Assembly (NCBI RefSeq): GCF_009914755.1
Contig: NC_060931.1
Reading direction: 5' to 3' (one strand)
DNA from: the human T2T-CHM13v2.0 reference genome, Homo sapiens
Length of the DNA stretch: 64,000 nucleotides
Position numbers and translations under genes: made by a program. This document shows positions 40,452-56,670 of this stretch, one piece after another. The notes beneath the pieces are model-generated. The model saw nothing but the letters and a program-made list of their open reading frames with translations, was not told where the DNA came from and did no database searches. The stretch's first letter is position 1. Every line of letters begins with the position of its first letter.

Positions 40452-44304
<3,853 letters not shown>

Positions 44305-44340
44305 TTAGTTGATGCAGTTTCTTCCTAGTCTCGATGGTCT

Positions 44341-45357
44341 TTACATTTTGGCATGATTTTGCAGCGGCTGGTACCGGTTGTTCCTTTCCATGTTTAGTGG
44401 TTCCTTCAGGAGCTCTTTTAGGGCAGGCCTGGTGGTGACAAAATCTCTCAGCATTTGCTTGTCTGTAAAGTATTTTATTTCTCCTTCACCTATGAAGCTT
44501 AGTTTGGCTGGAAATGAAATTCTGGGTTGAAAATTCTTTTCTTTAAGAATGTTGAATATTGGCCCCTACTCTCTTCTGGCTTGTAGGGTTTCTGCCGAGA
44601 GATCCGCTGTTAGTCTGATGGGCTTCCCTTTGTGGATAACCCGACCTTTCTCTCTGGCTGCCCTTAACATTTTTTCCTTCATTTCAACTTTGGTGAATCT
44701 GACAATTATGTGTCTTGGAGTTGCTCTTCTCGAGGAGTATCTTTGTGGCTTTCTCTGTATTTCCTGAATCTGAACATTGGCCTGCCTTGCTAGATTGGGG
44801 AAGTTCTCCTGGATAATATCCTGCAGAGTGTTTTCCAACTTGGTTCCATTCTCCCCATCACTTTCAGGTACACCAATCAGACGTAGATTTGGTCTTTTCA
44901 CATAGTACCATATTTCTTGGAGGCTTCGTTCATTTCTTTTCATTCTTTTCTCTCTAAACTTCCCTTCTCGCTTCATTTCTTTCATTTCATCTTCCATTGC
45001 TGATACCCTTTCTTCCAATTGATCGCATCGGCTCCTGAGGCTTCTGCATTCTTCACGTAGTTCTCGAGCCTTGGTTTTCAGCTCCATCAGCTCCTTTAAG
45101 CACTTCTTTGTATTGGTTATTCTAGTTATACATTCTTCTAAATTTTTTTCAAAGTTTTCAACTTCTTTGCCTTTGGTTTGAATGTCCTCCCGTAGCTCAG
45201 AGTAATTTGATCGTCTGAAGCCTTCTTCTTTCAGCTCGTCAAAGTCATTCTCCATCCAGCTTTGTTCCGTTGCTGGTGAGGAACTGCATTCCTTTGGAGG
45301 AGGAGATGTGCTCTGCGTTTTAGAGTTTCCAGTTTTTCTGTTCTGTTTTTTCCCCAT
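44341..45357 (-). pseudogene. L1 ORF1, premature stop
   Basis: MGKKQNRKTGNSKTQS...; TGG>TAG at 44566-44568 truncates the 338-aa frame to 263 aa. Confidence 0.95.
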
Positions 45358-46254
45358 CTTTGTGGTTTTATCTACTTTGGTCTTTGATGATGGTGATGTA
45401 CAGATGGGTTTTTGGTGTGGATGTCCTTTCTGTTTGTTAGTTTTCCTTCTAACAGACAGGACCCTCAGCTGCAGGTCTGTTGGAATACCCTGCCGTGTGA
45501 GGTGTCAGTGTGCCCCTGCTGGGGGGTGCCTCCCAGTTAGGCTGCTTGGGGGTCAGGGGTCAGGGACCCACTTGAGGAGGCAGTCTGCCCTTCTCAGATC
45601 TCCAGCTGCGTACTGGGAGAACCACTGCTCTCTTCAAAGCTGTCAGACAGGGACATTTAAGTCTGTAGAGGTTACTGCTGTCTTTTTGTTTGTCTATGCC
45701 CTGCCCCCAGAGGTGGAGCCTACAGAGGCAGGCAGGCCTCCTTGAGCTGTGGTGGGCTCCACCCAGTTCGAGCTTCCAGGCTGCTTTGTTTACCTAAGCA
45801 AGCCTGGGCAATGGCGGGCGCCCCTCCCCCAGCCTCGCTGCCGCCTTGCAGTTTGATCTCAGATTGCCCTGCTAGCAATCAGCGAGACTCCGTGGGCGTA
45901 GGACCCTCCGAGCCAGGTGCGGGATATAATCTCGTGGTGCGCTGTTTTTTAAGCCTGTCCGAAAATCGCAATATTCGGGTGGGAGTGACCCGATTTTCCA
46001 GGTGCGTCCGTCACCCCTTTCTTTGACGAGGGAACTCCCTGACCACTTGCACGTCCCAAGTGAGGCAATGCCTCGCCCTGCTTCAGCTCGCGCACGGTGT
46101 GCGCACCCACTGACCTGCGCCCACTGTCTGGCACTCCCTAGTGAGATGAACCCTGGTACCTCAGATGGAAATGCAGAAATCACCCGTCTTCTGCGTCACT
46201 CACGCTGGGAGCTGTAGACTGGAGCTGTTCCTATTCGGCCATCTTGGCTCCTCC
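45358..46254. promoter_or_regulatory. L1 5' UTR: CpG-rich sense promoter (-) and antisense promoter (+); YY1 site at 46237-46245
   Basis: The most CpG-dense stretch of the window; AAGATGGCC motif intact on the minus strand. Confidence 0.85.
45811..46026 (+). CDS. ORF0: L1 ORF0, intact 71 aa
   Basis: MAGAPPPASLPPCSLISDCPASNQRDSVGVGPSEPGAGYNLVVRCFLSLSENRNIRVGVTRFSRCVRHPFL*, Kozak context GCAATGG, antisense to the L1 5' UTR. Confidence 0.85.
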   Translation: MAGAPPPASLPPCSLISDCPASNQRDSVGVGPSEPGAGYNLVVRCFLSLSENRNIRVGVTRFSRCVRHPFL

Positions 46255-49200
46255 GCATATAATTTTTTCCAATTATTTAGACTTTTTAAGCAGTGAGCAG
46301 GAACTGGATGGTGGCAGAATTCCTGAGGTGCCCACAGGCAGCCTTGCTTCTGGTTATAGAGGAACTAGGAAGCCCAACTGGAGGACTCAGATCCTTTGTG
46401 TGTGTGTCTCAAATATTCTTAAATGACTTTTAAAATGGCATGCATGGCACACACAGAGAAATGACAGAGAAAATGAGTATATTAATGAAATGATAAATCA
46501 TATCATTTTTCATGTAGTTTATAAATGGTAACATCCCAAAAGATTATAGATTATTTTTACTTGTATTATTTAAATATTTTATTAAACTTAGAGTAGAAAG
46601 AATAAAATTTTATCTACATTTTGTTTATTCAATCAACAAAATATGTATGTATTGTTTCACTTTAGATACATACAGTATGTGGAAACTCTACAACTGGCAA
46701 TTCTATTGTGACTGTGTGTCAAAGAGTGATCATTTTATGGACGGACCACATGAGGAATGTAGAAGCAAGCACATTATTTTCTTGTCCCTTTCCACACCCC
46801 ACTTAGGTCAGGTATTCAGAATCTACAACCTATTCCTAGTACATTTACCTGATTACATATTTCCTCTCAAAGCTCCTTAATCTGACTTATCAACTTTCCT
46901 AGTAGCATTTTTCCTGATTGCCTCTGGGCCTTTCATTCTTCTGCTATTAACAACAAAATTGCTACTTAAATTTTTTATAATGGTAAGATTAAAATATTCT
47001 TTGAGTAGATCCTAAACTCTTGGATCTCAGACTCTTTATAAAGGACACTCAATTGCAAGTGCACACATCCTATGTGGAGATTTGGCCTTATATCCCCATA
47101 TAGAACCCATAGCTGACTACACCAGTCACAAAACATTTTTGTTCCTCTGGCCAAGAGCCTAAGCCTAACTATAATCCAAAATGCTCTTTAAATTTCTCAT
47201 CTTTTTGTCTATATTTTTGGTCACTTATGACCTGAATCTGAGAGCACAAGTGGAAATGGCGGTCTACAACAGCTTATTGCGTGTTGGGAAGAAAGAAATT
47301 CTTCCTAATAGCAAGCATTCTAGCTTAGTAGCACTTTAGCCACATGGAAGGAAGTAATCCAAAGATGCAAACATCCAAATCAATGCTATGCCAAACAGAA
47401 CATTTAAAAAAATCTCTCCAAAATATGATAATTACAATACCCTTACCTTAGAGTTTGTTTTAGCATCTCTATAAGCCTAGAATTACATTCTAAGATTCAT
47501 TCTCTGAGAACTTAAATGGTGGGGAAAGTTTAAAGCATCTCCTAAGCTTGCAGTATGCAATTACAAATTAAAAATGATGCTCCTTATGCTACTGCTAATG
47601 TCAATGATATTAATTTAAAAAATGAATGCTATAATTTACATGATTTTATTGTATTCTAACCACTGTAGTAGTCTTTTAAAAACATAAGAAAGACACACAC
47701 ACATATTTATATGTTGTGTGTATATATATATGCACTTTTTTAAATTAAAAATTAATATTTTTAAATTTGGGGAACTGGTACATAAAATGAGTTTATAATA
47801 TGAGTTTTCCCAGCTTCTGAAACCAATGAAGGTGAATCCAGAATTTGGAACAATGTCTGTGTCATCGTTAAATAAGTGATTTTTTTACTATTACAAATTA
47901 AACAATTTGTATTCAGACATAAATGTTCTCCCTTCCAAAGATTGGTCCTAACCTCCACCTTTGTAGATAATATGTATTTCTCCATTAAAGCACAGTTAAA
48001 GTGAAAAAAATATCGAGACTTTTTTGAAGCTAACAACATTTATGGGGCCTCACCATATAAGTATCTTCTCATGCCCAAGAGTTACTAGTTATCAAATGGA
48101 CTGTCTACATAGATCAGTTTTCCTGCTCTACTGTCTACATTTTTGCTGGTAGATGTACTTGCATTAAACTTGAATTTTGTCCAAATTGGATTATCAATTT
48201 AGGAAACTGTGGTGTGTACAGTTTGGTGTTTTCAAGGTAAGTTTCTTTAAAATTGTTCTTTAGCATTATTTTCAACAGTTATGTATTGAGCACCTACTAA
48301 TTGGCAGACTTACAATTTCTAGTGATTAGCACTGAACAGTATAGAAAGGTTTAGTCTCCTCATTCTTAATAAAAAATAATTGTTCTAGCAGAGATTAATG
48401 TTAGATGGCCATCTAACTTATTCCAATGACCTCAGACACCCATAATGTTAAAGTTTAAAGAAACAATTTGATTTGACTAAATACTGATGCTCTCTGTTAG
48501 AGACTTATGTCAATAACTTCTTTTAAGTATATTGTCTAGCCACTTCGAGAATGAAAATATAGTGAGAGCTGATGTCAAAAGCTGTTAAAAGAGTTGGGGA
48601 CATTGAGTTTTTCAAATGTCAAACACAGGACCAAGAAAAAAATCACAGGGCCAATGTTATATCAAACACAGGGCCAAAAAAAAGAAAATGTTTGATTTTA
48701 TAGTCAGCAGATTATGGCTGATAGGTATTTGAAGTAGTAATAACCCTTTCTTAACTACTACAAAATTAAATATTCTGTATTTTCTATAAGTTAAACAGCA
48801 TGGTTTTAGCAAAGCAGTTGCATGGTCCAAAATATAATCAGCCAATCAAAAAAAGTTTGCTTGGACTTTTGTGCATTTTTAAATTCCTTGTTGAAGCCAA
48901 ATTTAGAAAATTTATAAGCTGCTTGAAGAACTATATTAGTTCTTAGAATGTTCCTGAGATCAGGGCAAGTGTTCCAAAAATGATATTTTTATTACAGCCT
49001 AAGAAATTTTAAAAAATTCCAAACTATAGCATGATGTCTAGCATATCTCTAAAATCTAAAACACATCAGTACACCAGCCTTTATATCAGACATGCTGAGA
49101 ATGTCCTTTGCTGAAGGATGATGGAAAAAAGTCACAAGGTTGCTGAGCGTCCTAAATGGCCAGTGAGAACGCTGGACAAAGATAAATGGAAGAGATAAGA

Positions 49201-49349
49201 AGGACCCTTTGATAGACCCTGATCTCTCTTTCCACAGCATTTTTGTTATCCCACAATAAACATCTCACCTGTTTTCACTGTCTTGCCTTATGTGCTTATA
49301 CCTACCCATTTTTGAAGACATTTTTCTGAACATATATGAAAAATACAGT

Positions 49350-49620
49350 TTTTTCTCCTGAGGATTGCACAGTCAGGTGGGCTAAAGAGCAAGAGCAAAG
49401 GAAGGAGCAATTATGTCATCACCACGACAGAGGAAAACCCAAATTTCTACTAACCACAGAGCCCTAAAACGGAAATTATGAGGGCTGTAGCAGAGAAGGT
49501 GACTTAAGAACTGAGTCATGAAGAATTACTTGCATTAGTCAGATAAAGAAAGAATGAGCAGACTAAGAACATTCCTAGACAAAGGTTCTGTTTACGAACT
49601 CACAAGAATTTGGGAAGCTG
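49350..49620 (-). mobile_element. L2 fragment
   Basis: AGAGAAGGTGACTTAAGAACTGAG..GAACATTCCTAGACAAAGG resembles antisense L2. Confidence 0.4.
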
Positions 49621-50945
49621 TGTATATTATAACTTCAAACACAAAGAATGAGCCAGAACAAGAATGACGAGACCACTTTTGAGTTGCAAAAAAATACAAT
49701 TTTATTTCAAAATGGATATAGAGAAAGAATTGATGAGCTGTTATGCGGGAGGGGAACAAGATTTCATATATTTCTGGATATTGCTGCGTTAATTTCTGCT
49801 TTTTATTCTCACTCAGATCCCGTTGTTAGCATCTAATAATTAGGGCGTTACCTGTCCCTTTATCAAGCTCATTTGTGTTTTCTGAAATGCCTTAAAGTTC
49901 ACACAACTGATTTTGTAATGGTGTGAATTCTTAGATCATAATAAACATTCAGAGATGTGTTTGAGCAGCCAGTGATGACCCCGCCACAGAATATCTCACT
50001 TGAAGGTGAAGTAGGTCACCTATTGTGCTCACTCAAGTAACCAGCCTATTTCCAACATGAAAGATCTAGGGGAGATGTTGGATATATTCCTGAAGTCAAT
50101 TCATATTATTGAATATTAAGGAATAAGGCCCATTCAGTATCTTGATTGTCATGTAGCCAAATGAAAAAGAACAAGAGAAATAAAAAGGGGAGGCAATAGA
50201 GTGTATGACATTGGAAAGATTTCTGAGTTAGGCCAGAAGAGAATAATATTGCTTCTGATGGCTATTAAACATATATACTATAAACTGAAGAAATGTTCAC
50301 CCATTAATGTAGTTGATAATATTGGTTGCTGCACGTGCAGGGACAAAGTGTTTTCAATACAGCTTTGATATGTGGTGTGATGGTGAAGGCCAATGATTTC
50401 ACGTATGTTAAATTTCAAAGTATTTTTTTAACATTGGATAGAAATATTTGGAGAAAATATATAAAAGGTAATAAAAAGGTTTTATAGCTGGTGTCAAGTA
50501 TAAATGCAACATAGAAAAGTTACAGGAGGAAAACATGATTTTAAAAATTTCTATTTATGTAAAAAAGAACATTGGAAAGCAGTCACACAAAACATTGAAA
50601 ATGAATATAGTAAAAAGGTTCTGTAATAGCAGAGTTGTAAAAGAAAACATTCAGCTCACAAAAGCAATCACTGACTCTTCAAAAACAATGATTCTTACTT
50701 GAACGGCAATTTGAGCCAGCATGAATTTCATAAAGAGGTGATATACGCACAAATAGCCTCTGATGAGAGGAAAGTACACAAATTTGTGTGTGTGTTTTCA
50801 GAATTTGGTAGTGGTTTAAAAAATATATTTATCTGTAGAATGTTTATACTTAGCAAAGATAAAATTCACTTGAAATGTATCTAGTATGATAACTGAATTT
50901 TAATTTTTATTTAATTTTAATTACACTGTAAAAAGATAACCAATG

Positions 50946-51331
50946 TGTTACGACTGAATTGCATTCCACACAATTCATATTTTGAACTCCTACCACCCAG
51001 TACCTCAGAATGTGACTGTATTTAGAGATAGGGCCTTTAAGGAGATAATACAGTAAAATGAGGTCATATGAGTGGGTTCTAATTCAAGATGACTGGTGTC
51101 CTTACAAGAAGAGAAGATCAAGACACAGACACACGCAGAGGAAAGACCATGTGAAGGCATGGAGACAAGACAGCCATCTACAAGCCAAGTAAAAAGGCCT
51201 TGAAATGAAACTAGCTTCCCAATACTTTGATCCTAGATGTCTGGCCTCTAGTTCTATGAAAACACAAATTTCTGTTATTTAAACTAGCCATCTATGGTAC
51301 TTTGTTATGGCAGTCCTAGTGAACTAATACA
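50946..51331 (+). mobile_element. MLT1B-type MaLR LTR
   Basis: CCCAGTACCTCAGAATGTGACTGTATTTAGAGATAGGGCCTTTAA...GAACTAATACA. Confidence 0.9.
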
Positions 51332-51399
51332 CAGGAAAAATGTATTTCTGCTGAATGCAACTGTATTATTTTTATAAGACTAAATTTCACCTTAATGAT

Positions 51400-51690
51400 T
51401 GACTATTTAATATCCAAACTAGAATGCAATGTAAGTTTCAAATACATACTGGATTTCAGAACTTTCCTTGGCCAAAGAAATATATAAAATATCTAACAAT
51501 TTTGTGATAACACATTAAAATCACAGCATTTTCCATATGTTACACATTTACTATTTGAGATAAAATATATTATTATATTAAGTTCACATGTTTTTATCTT
51601 TTTAATGTGGCTTTCTTAACCTTTTTCATATGACTACCAGAAAATTTAAAGTCATTTATATTTTTTACATTATATTTATATCAGAATGCT
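51400..51690. mobile_element. MER33-like hAT-Charlie DNA transposon fossil
   Basis: AAATACATACTGGATTTC; TAAAATATATTATT..TTCACATGTTT..TTTTTAATGTGGCT; CTACCAGAAAATTTAAA. Confidence 0.6.
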
Positions 51691-51977
51691 ACATTCTAGG
51701 CATTAATCTTCCTTTATAATATTAGGAATAAAGAAGAAAACTTAGAAGGGATGAGCTCAAATCACATATTTTTAAGGATAACATGGCTCATAAAATAATA
51801 TCTCATCACTATTTCCTTCACACATAGATCCAACAAAAGAGATCTCATTTTCTATACAAAATTTCCCCTTAACCATACAAATATCCACTGTTTGCATTTT
51901 TTTCTAGCATCTCTTTCTGACATGCATAGTAAAGAGATTTAAATACTAAGTTTCTGATTTTACTGTCTAACTCTAAC

Positions 51978-52127
51978 TTTTTTATTATTTTTTCAGTAGT
52001 TTTTTTGGGAACAGGTGGTGTTTGGTTACACGGATAAGTTCTGTAGTGATTTCTGAGATTTTGGTGCACCCATCACCCGAGCAGTGTACACTGTATTCAA
52101 GGTATAGTCTTTTATCCCCTCACCCTC
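51978..52127 (-). mobile_element. L1PB 3' end fragment
   Basis: GGGAACAGGTGGTGTTTGGTTACACGGATAAGTTC..TTCTGAGATTTTGGTGCACCCATCACCCGAGCAGTGTACACTG. Confidence 0.88.
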
Positions 52128-55100
52128 ATGATTTTTAACCACACAATTGAGCATGGAATATTTTTTGTCCTAAGCTTATTACTAGTTTCCAAATTCAAAC
52201 AAATAAACTAATATACAAATGAAATTTTACATGTGTGTTTGACAAAATGAAAACTGGAGGCTTTCTTTAATCATTTAAAACACCAGTGTCTCTATGAAAT
52301 CACTCCCTTATTTTATCTAAAAAATGGATCAAAGTCAAGTAAAACAAAATTTTCTGTTAAGATGAGGGATAAGTAGGAAATGACTATGGTTAAAGAAGAT
52401 GGCTTCAATTTTAAACAGAGAGAAGTTAACCATTTAAAAATAAACCCCTAGGAACAGGTTTAAAAGTCAGGATGTAAATACAACCTAGTGCTTACTGCAT
52501 GCCATTTTCGAAGGTTCTGGTTAAAATACAAATATTTGATATTCTCAAGAAATTCCTACTAACTTAATTTTTTTTAACAGGAAGTATCTCAACCAAAATA
52601 AAAGAAGGCCTTTAAGTATTGGTTCTTTCTGCAGGGTAATCTAGTAAATTCATTAACTTTTATCTAGTCAGCATCAATAGATAAAGGTATTCAGTGTCTT
52701 GTAATCCCTACAACCTTCCCATTAACCCAAAAGAGTCTTTCTCTTCTTGATAAACCTCATACAATGTTCTGTTCTGTTCTGTTCTGAACAAATTGAATGT
52801 TTTACATTGATAAATCAGACATAATAGGTTCCTGGTTCACAGATGCATCCTTTCGGTCTTTTATCACATTTTCTGAAGAGATCACCAGAAGTCACTTAGG
52901 TAATGATGTAATAATTCACTATTCTGATGTCTTTACCTTTGAAGTTCAGAACTTCACTTTTCTGTCTAAAGACTTAAATTTCTCAAGTAAATACCTTATG
53001 TTTTTCAACATTTAATAATAAAATAATGTATTTAAGTTCTAGTTGTATCTCCATAAACAATGTAAAGGAAGAGCTTGCCATGGAAAGTCAGTTTGTTAAA
53101 ACTCATTAGTCCAGAAATTACTTAGATCCATTCTTGCAACTTACTTTACAAAATTCCCAAGTCTTACCTACTGTTATAATCTCAATGGTAGTAATAAGGT
53201 TCCATGAACCATAGTGATTCATAGGCTATTTGGCAAATAGTACATTTAAAATTATGAGATTTGAGGGAAAATCTAGTCACAAAAGGAGTCTATGATGACA
53301 GACATACTGGCACTTATTAATCTTGCTGAATTAACTTAAATCTGGTTGGGGAAAGCATTGAATATATTTATATACTGTTTAACTTTTCACAAATGTCTCC
53401 TTTTTTATTATAATTGTTTTTTAATCACAATCATTTATATGAATACAAATGCCTTTATAGTTATCATCCTTGTTCCGTACTTCTAATGCCAAACAGCCAT
53501 ATTCGTAGTTTAAGAATAGGGGTGAATAAAGTTAATGGAGTAATTGCGCTATGAACAATGATATTTATTTTCAGGGATACAAGATTTGGTAAAACTTGTA
53601 GCTTTAATTAAACATGATATTATTTAAATTTTTGTCATTTGTGTGTTATAACACTTGAGAGGTGAGTAAAAATTAAACTTATCTAAAAATAATATGAGAT
53701 TACCATGTAATGAAGCCCTAGTCAGTAAAGTTTATGGGGCTTTTGCTGTGTGTGCTGTAGGATTATATCTTATAAGGAAAAACAATAATCTCCTAATAAA
53801 ACAAAAGAGAAAAGAACAAAAAGCAGTTTTGTGGTATGTGCCTCTTATTTTTATTTTTGAAAGATTATATGTAAAAGACAGAAACAAAGTATATATCATA
53901 TACCCTTCTTTGGACAATGAAAGTATTCTCAAAATTGAAAAAGAAACTCATTTTACTGATAAATTGAACTATAATTTATAAAGCATTAGATGTACTTACT
54001 AAAGGAAGCGTATCGTAGAATAATAAAACTCACCATCTCTTCTGAACATTTGAATTTTACATACTCTGACTTTCTTAAAGCAGGACACATCTGTATTTCT
54101 ATTAATCATTTATTAAGAGTAAAATGATTCCTGTGCTGGTGAAAACAGGAATACCTGAGGGTGATTGTTTGAAGTTTAAGACTTTTCCTGACTTCACTTC
54201 TGTGCTCCCATGTCCTCTAGGAAAAGAAGTCATAATTGCTGAAATGATGCCACATTCTGTCAACTTCTCATTCATTAAGAGATTGATACATTATAATACA
54301 TAAGGATTTTAGGCATAAGATTAAAGCAGAGAAAAGTGATTATCTAATGCTATGTCAGAAGTGAGTGGAGCCTTCTTCAGTCTGATTTCTAAAATAAAAA
54401 AGGTGAAATGAAGGATCCTTCAAGGTCAAAATACTCATTGGTTAAAGTGTGATGGATTGGTAGGACTGGCAAATCATTACTAGAGTGAGACAAGTAGTTG
54501 GGATCTAAAAGAACAAATTGTTTCACGTGCACTGGGGATGGGAGCAGGTTGGTAGGAATTCATTCCTTTGTGGACAAGTTTTTGGGAAGCTCATGGGAAT
54601 ATTGCGGGTGTCAGCTTTGAGCTGCCATTTAGAAAGGGCATATTTAATTACTGCATAAAACAAAGAAAAAACAAGGGTTTATTCCTAAGTTGAGTCTTCT
54701 TCTCCAATCCTTTCTTCCATATTTCCTTAACAGCACAAAGTTGGATCACACAGTGTAAACAACCTCTCTGCCTGGCAGTACTGACCACTAGGAACCTATC
54801 ACAACAGCACATTCTTTACTTTGCTCCTTTGCTCCTTCTCTGCTCCTTCTTCCCCTGTTCCTCTTCATTTTACTCAGTACTCAATCTCTGCCAGGGGTCA
54901 TCGTTGATAAATGAAGGTGTCTAGAGATGACTCCTACTCTGTGTAAAGCACCCTAGTTCAGTCTATGGGGTCTTAGTTTGTTCTCAACTTCGAATCACCA
55001 AATGCCACATGGTCTGCTCATGTTTTATAACTCTTTCTTCTTTGAGCCCAGAAAGGGTTTTGCAAAATTCCTGTATTCCAGAGAGTTCTCTTATCTATCT

Positions 55101-55314
55101 AGCTCAAAGTTGTAACGTGGGCTAGTCAGACTTGCTCATTCTGTCAGTATAATCCGTTCTATGACAAAGAAACTAATTCCTTAGTCAGACACTTTGATTT
55201 CACCGTTTCCAGTTTTTTACGACTAAAGATTTATTTTGGTCTTCTATTCACATTTCTTTAATCATATCAGTGGGAATTCGGAGAAGAATGGGGTAAATAC
55301 ATTAGCTCAAATTT

Positions 55315-55590
55315 CCCCCATTGCTTTTAAGATAAAATTCCAATGCATAAACAGGGCTTACAAAGCCTCCCATGGCAGCCTCTGATCTCATTTCCTCCTG
55401 TGCTCTACCTCCCAGACTTTGCTTCCCTCAGGCCCTCAAATGTACCAGGTTTGCTCACAACTTGAGGTCTTTGAACCTGTGATCCCTACTACCAACAACC
55501 GTATTAATCTCATTCTTTACAGTACCTAAAACCTTAGAACAAAGTTTCGTACAAATAAACTACTCAATGAGTATCTGTTTAATGAATGAT
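55315..55590 (+). mobile_element. L2 3' fragment
   Basis: CCCATTGCTTTTAAGATAAAATTCCAA ... ACTCAATGAGTATCTGTTTAATGAATGA. Confidence 0.55.
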
Positions 55591-56488
55591 CTTTGAATAA
55601 TATAATTTATAAACTGTTGTATTAAATTCTAAAAAACACCACACAGTAGTTTCCTTAGCATATTTTCCTACTATCACATATGCAGCATATATACTCAAGG
55701 TATATTTTACATTTTTAACTAAAATACAGTATGAACTACAGTATAAAATTATTTTATGAAATATTATTTTAAATGAATGAAATGTATGAATGACATGAAA
55801 CCACATAGGAAAATCTGTTCCATTATCAATTCTTCCAGAGACAGGTACATCTTGGGCTCCCTTCATGGGAAATTAATTACTCATCATAGTAATAGATATT
55901 ATATATTTTATACAATATATTCATCAAGATGATGGTTCTAAAGTATAACCCTAAGGTTATACTCACTTCACATGAGCCCTTTTTCACCTCAGCTGGGACA
56001 TCAATATCAACTTATTTTTTTTCTCTGTATTTCTGTTCTGCTCCCAATTCAATTCCCCACCTCAGCAATTCTAGAAAGGATATACATTAACTGTACACAT
56101 ATTTTAATGATTCTCAATTCTGAATGTTGGTGAGTTGAGCCCCTCAATATTCAAGTATACTTATCTTTGATGAAAAGTATTCAGTTATAATGGATACATA
56201 TATTTTATACTTGTGGTATTTTTTCACAAGTTCCATTGGAGCAGGAGATTGTAAAAGTACAACTAGTTTAGATTTTTAAGAATTTTTTTCCTACACTAAT
56301 GTCATTGCACTTTATCCTGTAATAAGGGAATTTTTTAAGGACCAAGGCAAAAATCTTTTATCTCTATAAGCTTGTTTTACAAAGGATCACTCTTACAGAT
56401 ATATAGTCTATAGTTTATTAGATGTACAACTTAGCACATGTATAGTGCATATGTGTGTGTGTATATATATATATATACATATTAGATG

Positions 56489-56670
56489 AAGTGCTTTTTA
56501 ACTATAAAAATCATTTACTCAGCACAATAACTCTATGAGTTAGATATTATTTTTATCCCCATTTTACTGATGAGAAAACAGAGATACATATACAACTCTG
56601 GTTAGTTCCATAAATTCCGTAGTTAGATTTGAACCCAGGTAATCTAGTTTCAGAGTCCATGTTCTTTGTC
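56489..56670 (-). mobile_element. MIR
   Basis: TATCCCCATTTTACTGATGAGAAAACAGAG ... GATTTGAACCCAGG. Confidence 0.75.

Noticed and set aside
54650-55230. Possible old LTR fragment (similar doubt at 14280-14620)
   Set aside because: No termini or family match I can support.
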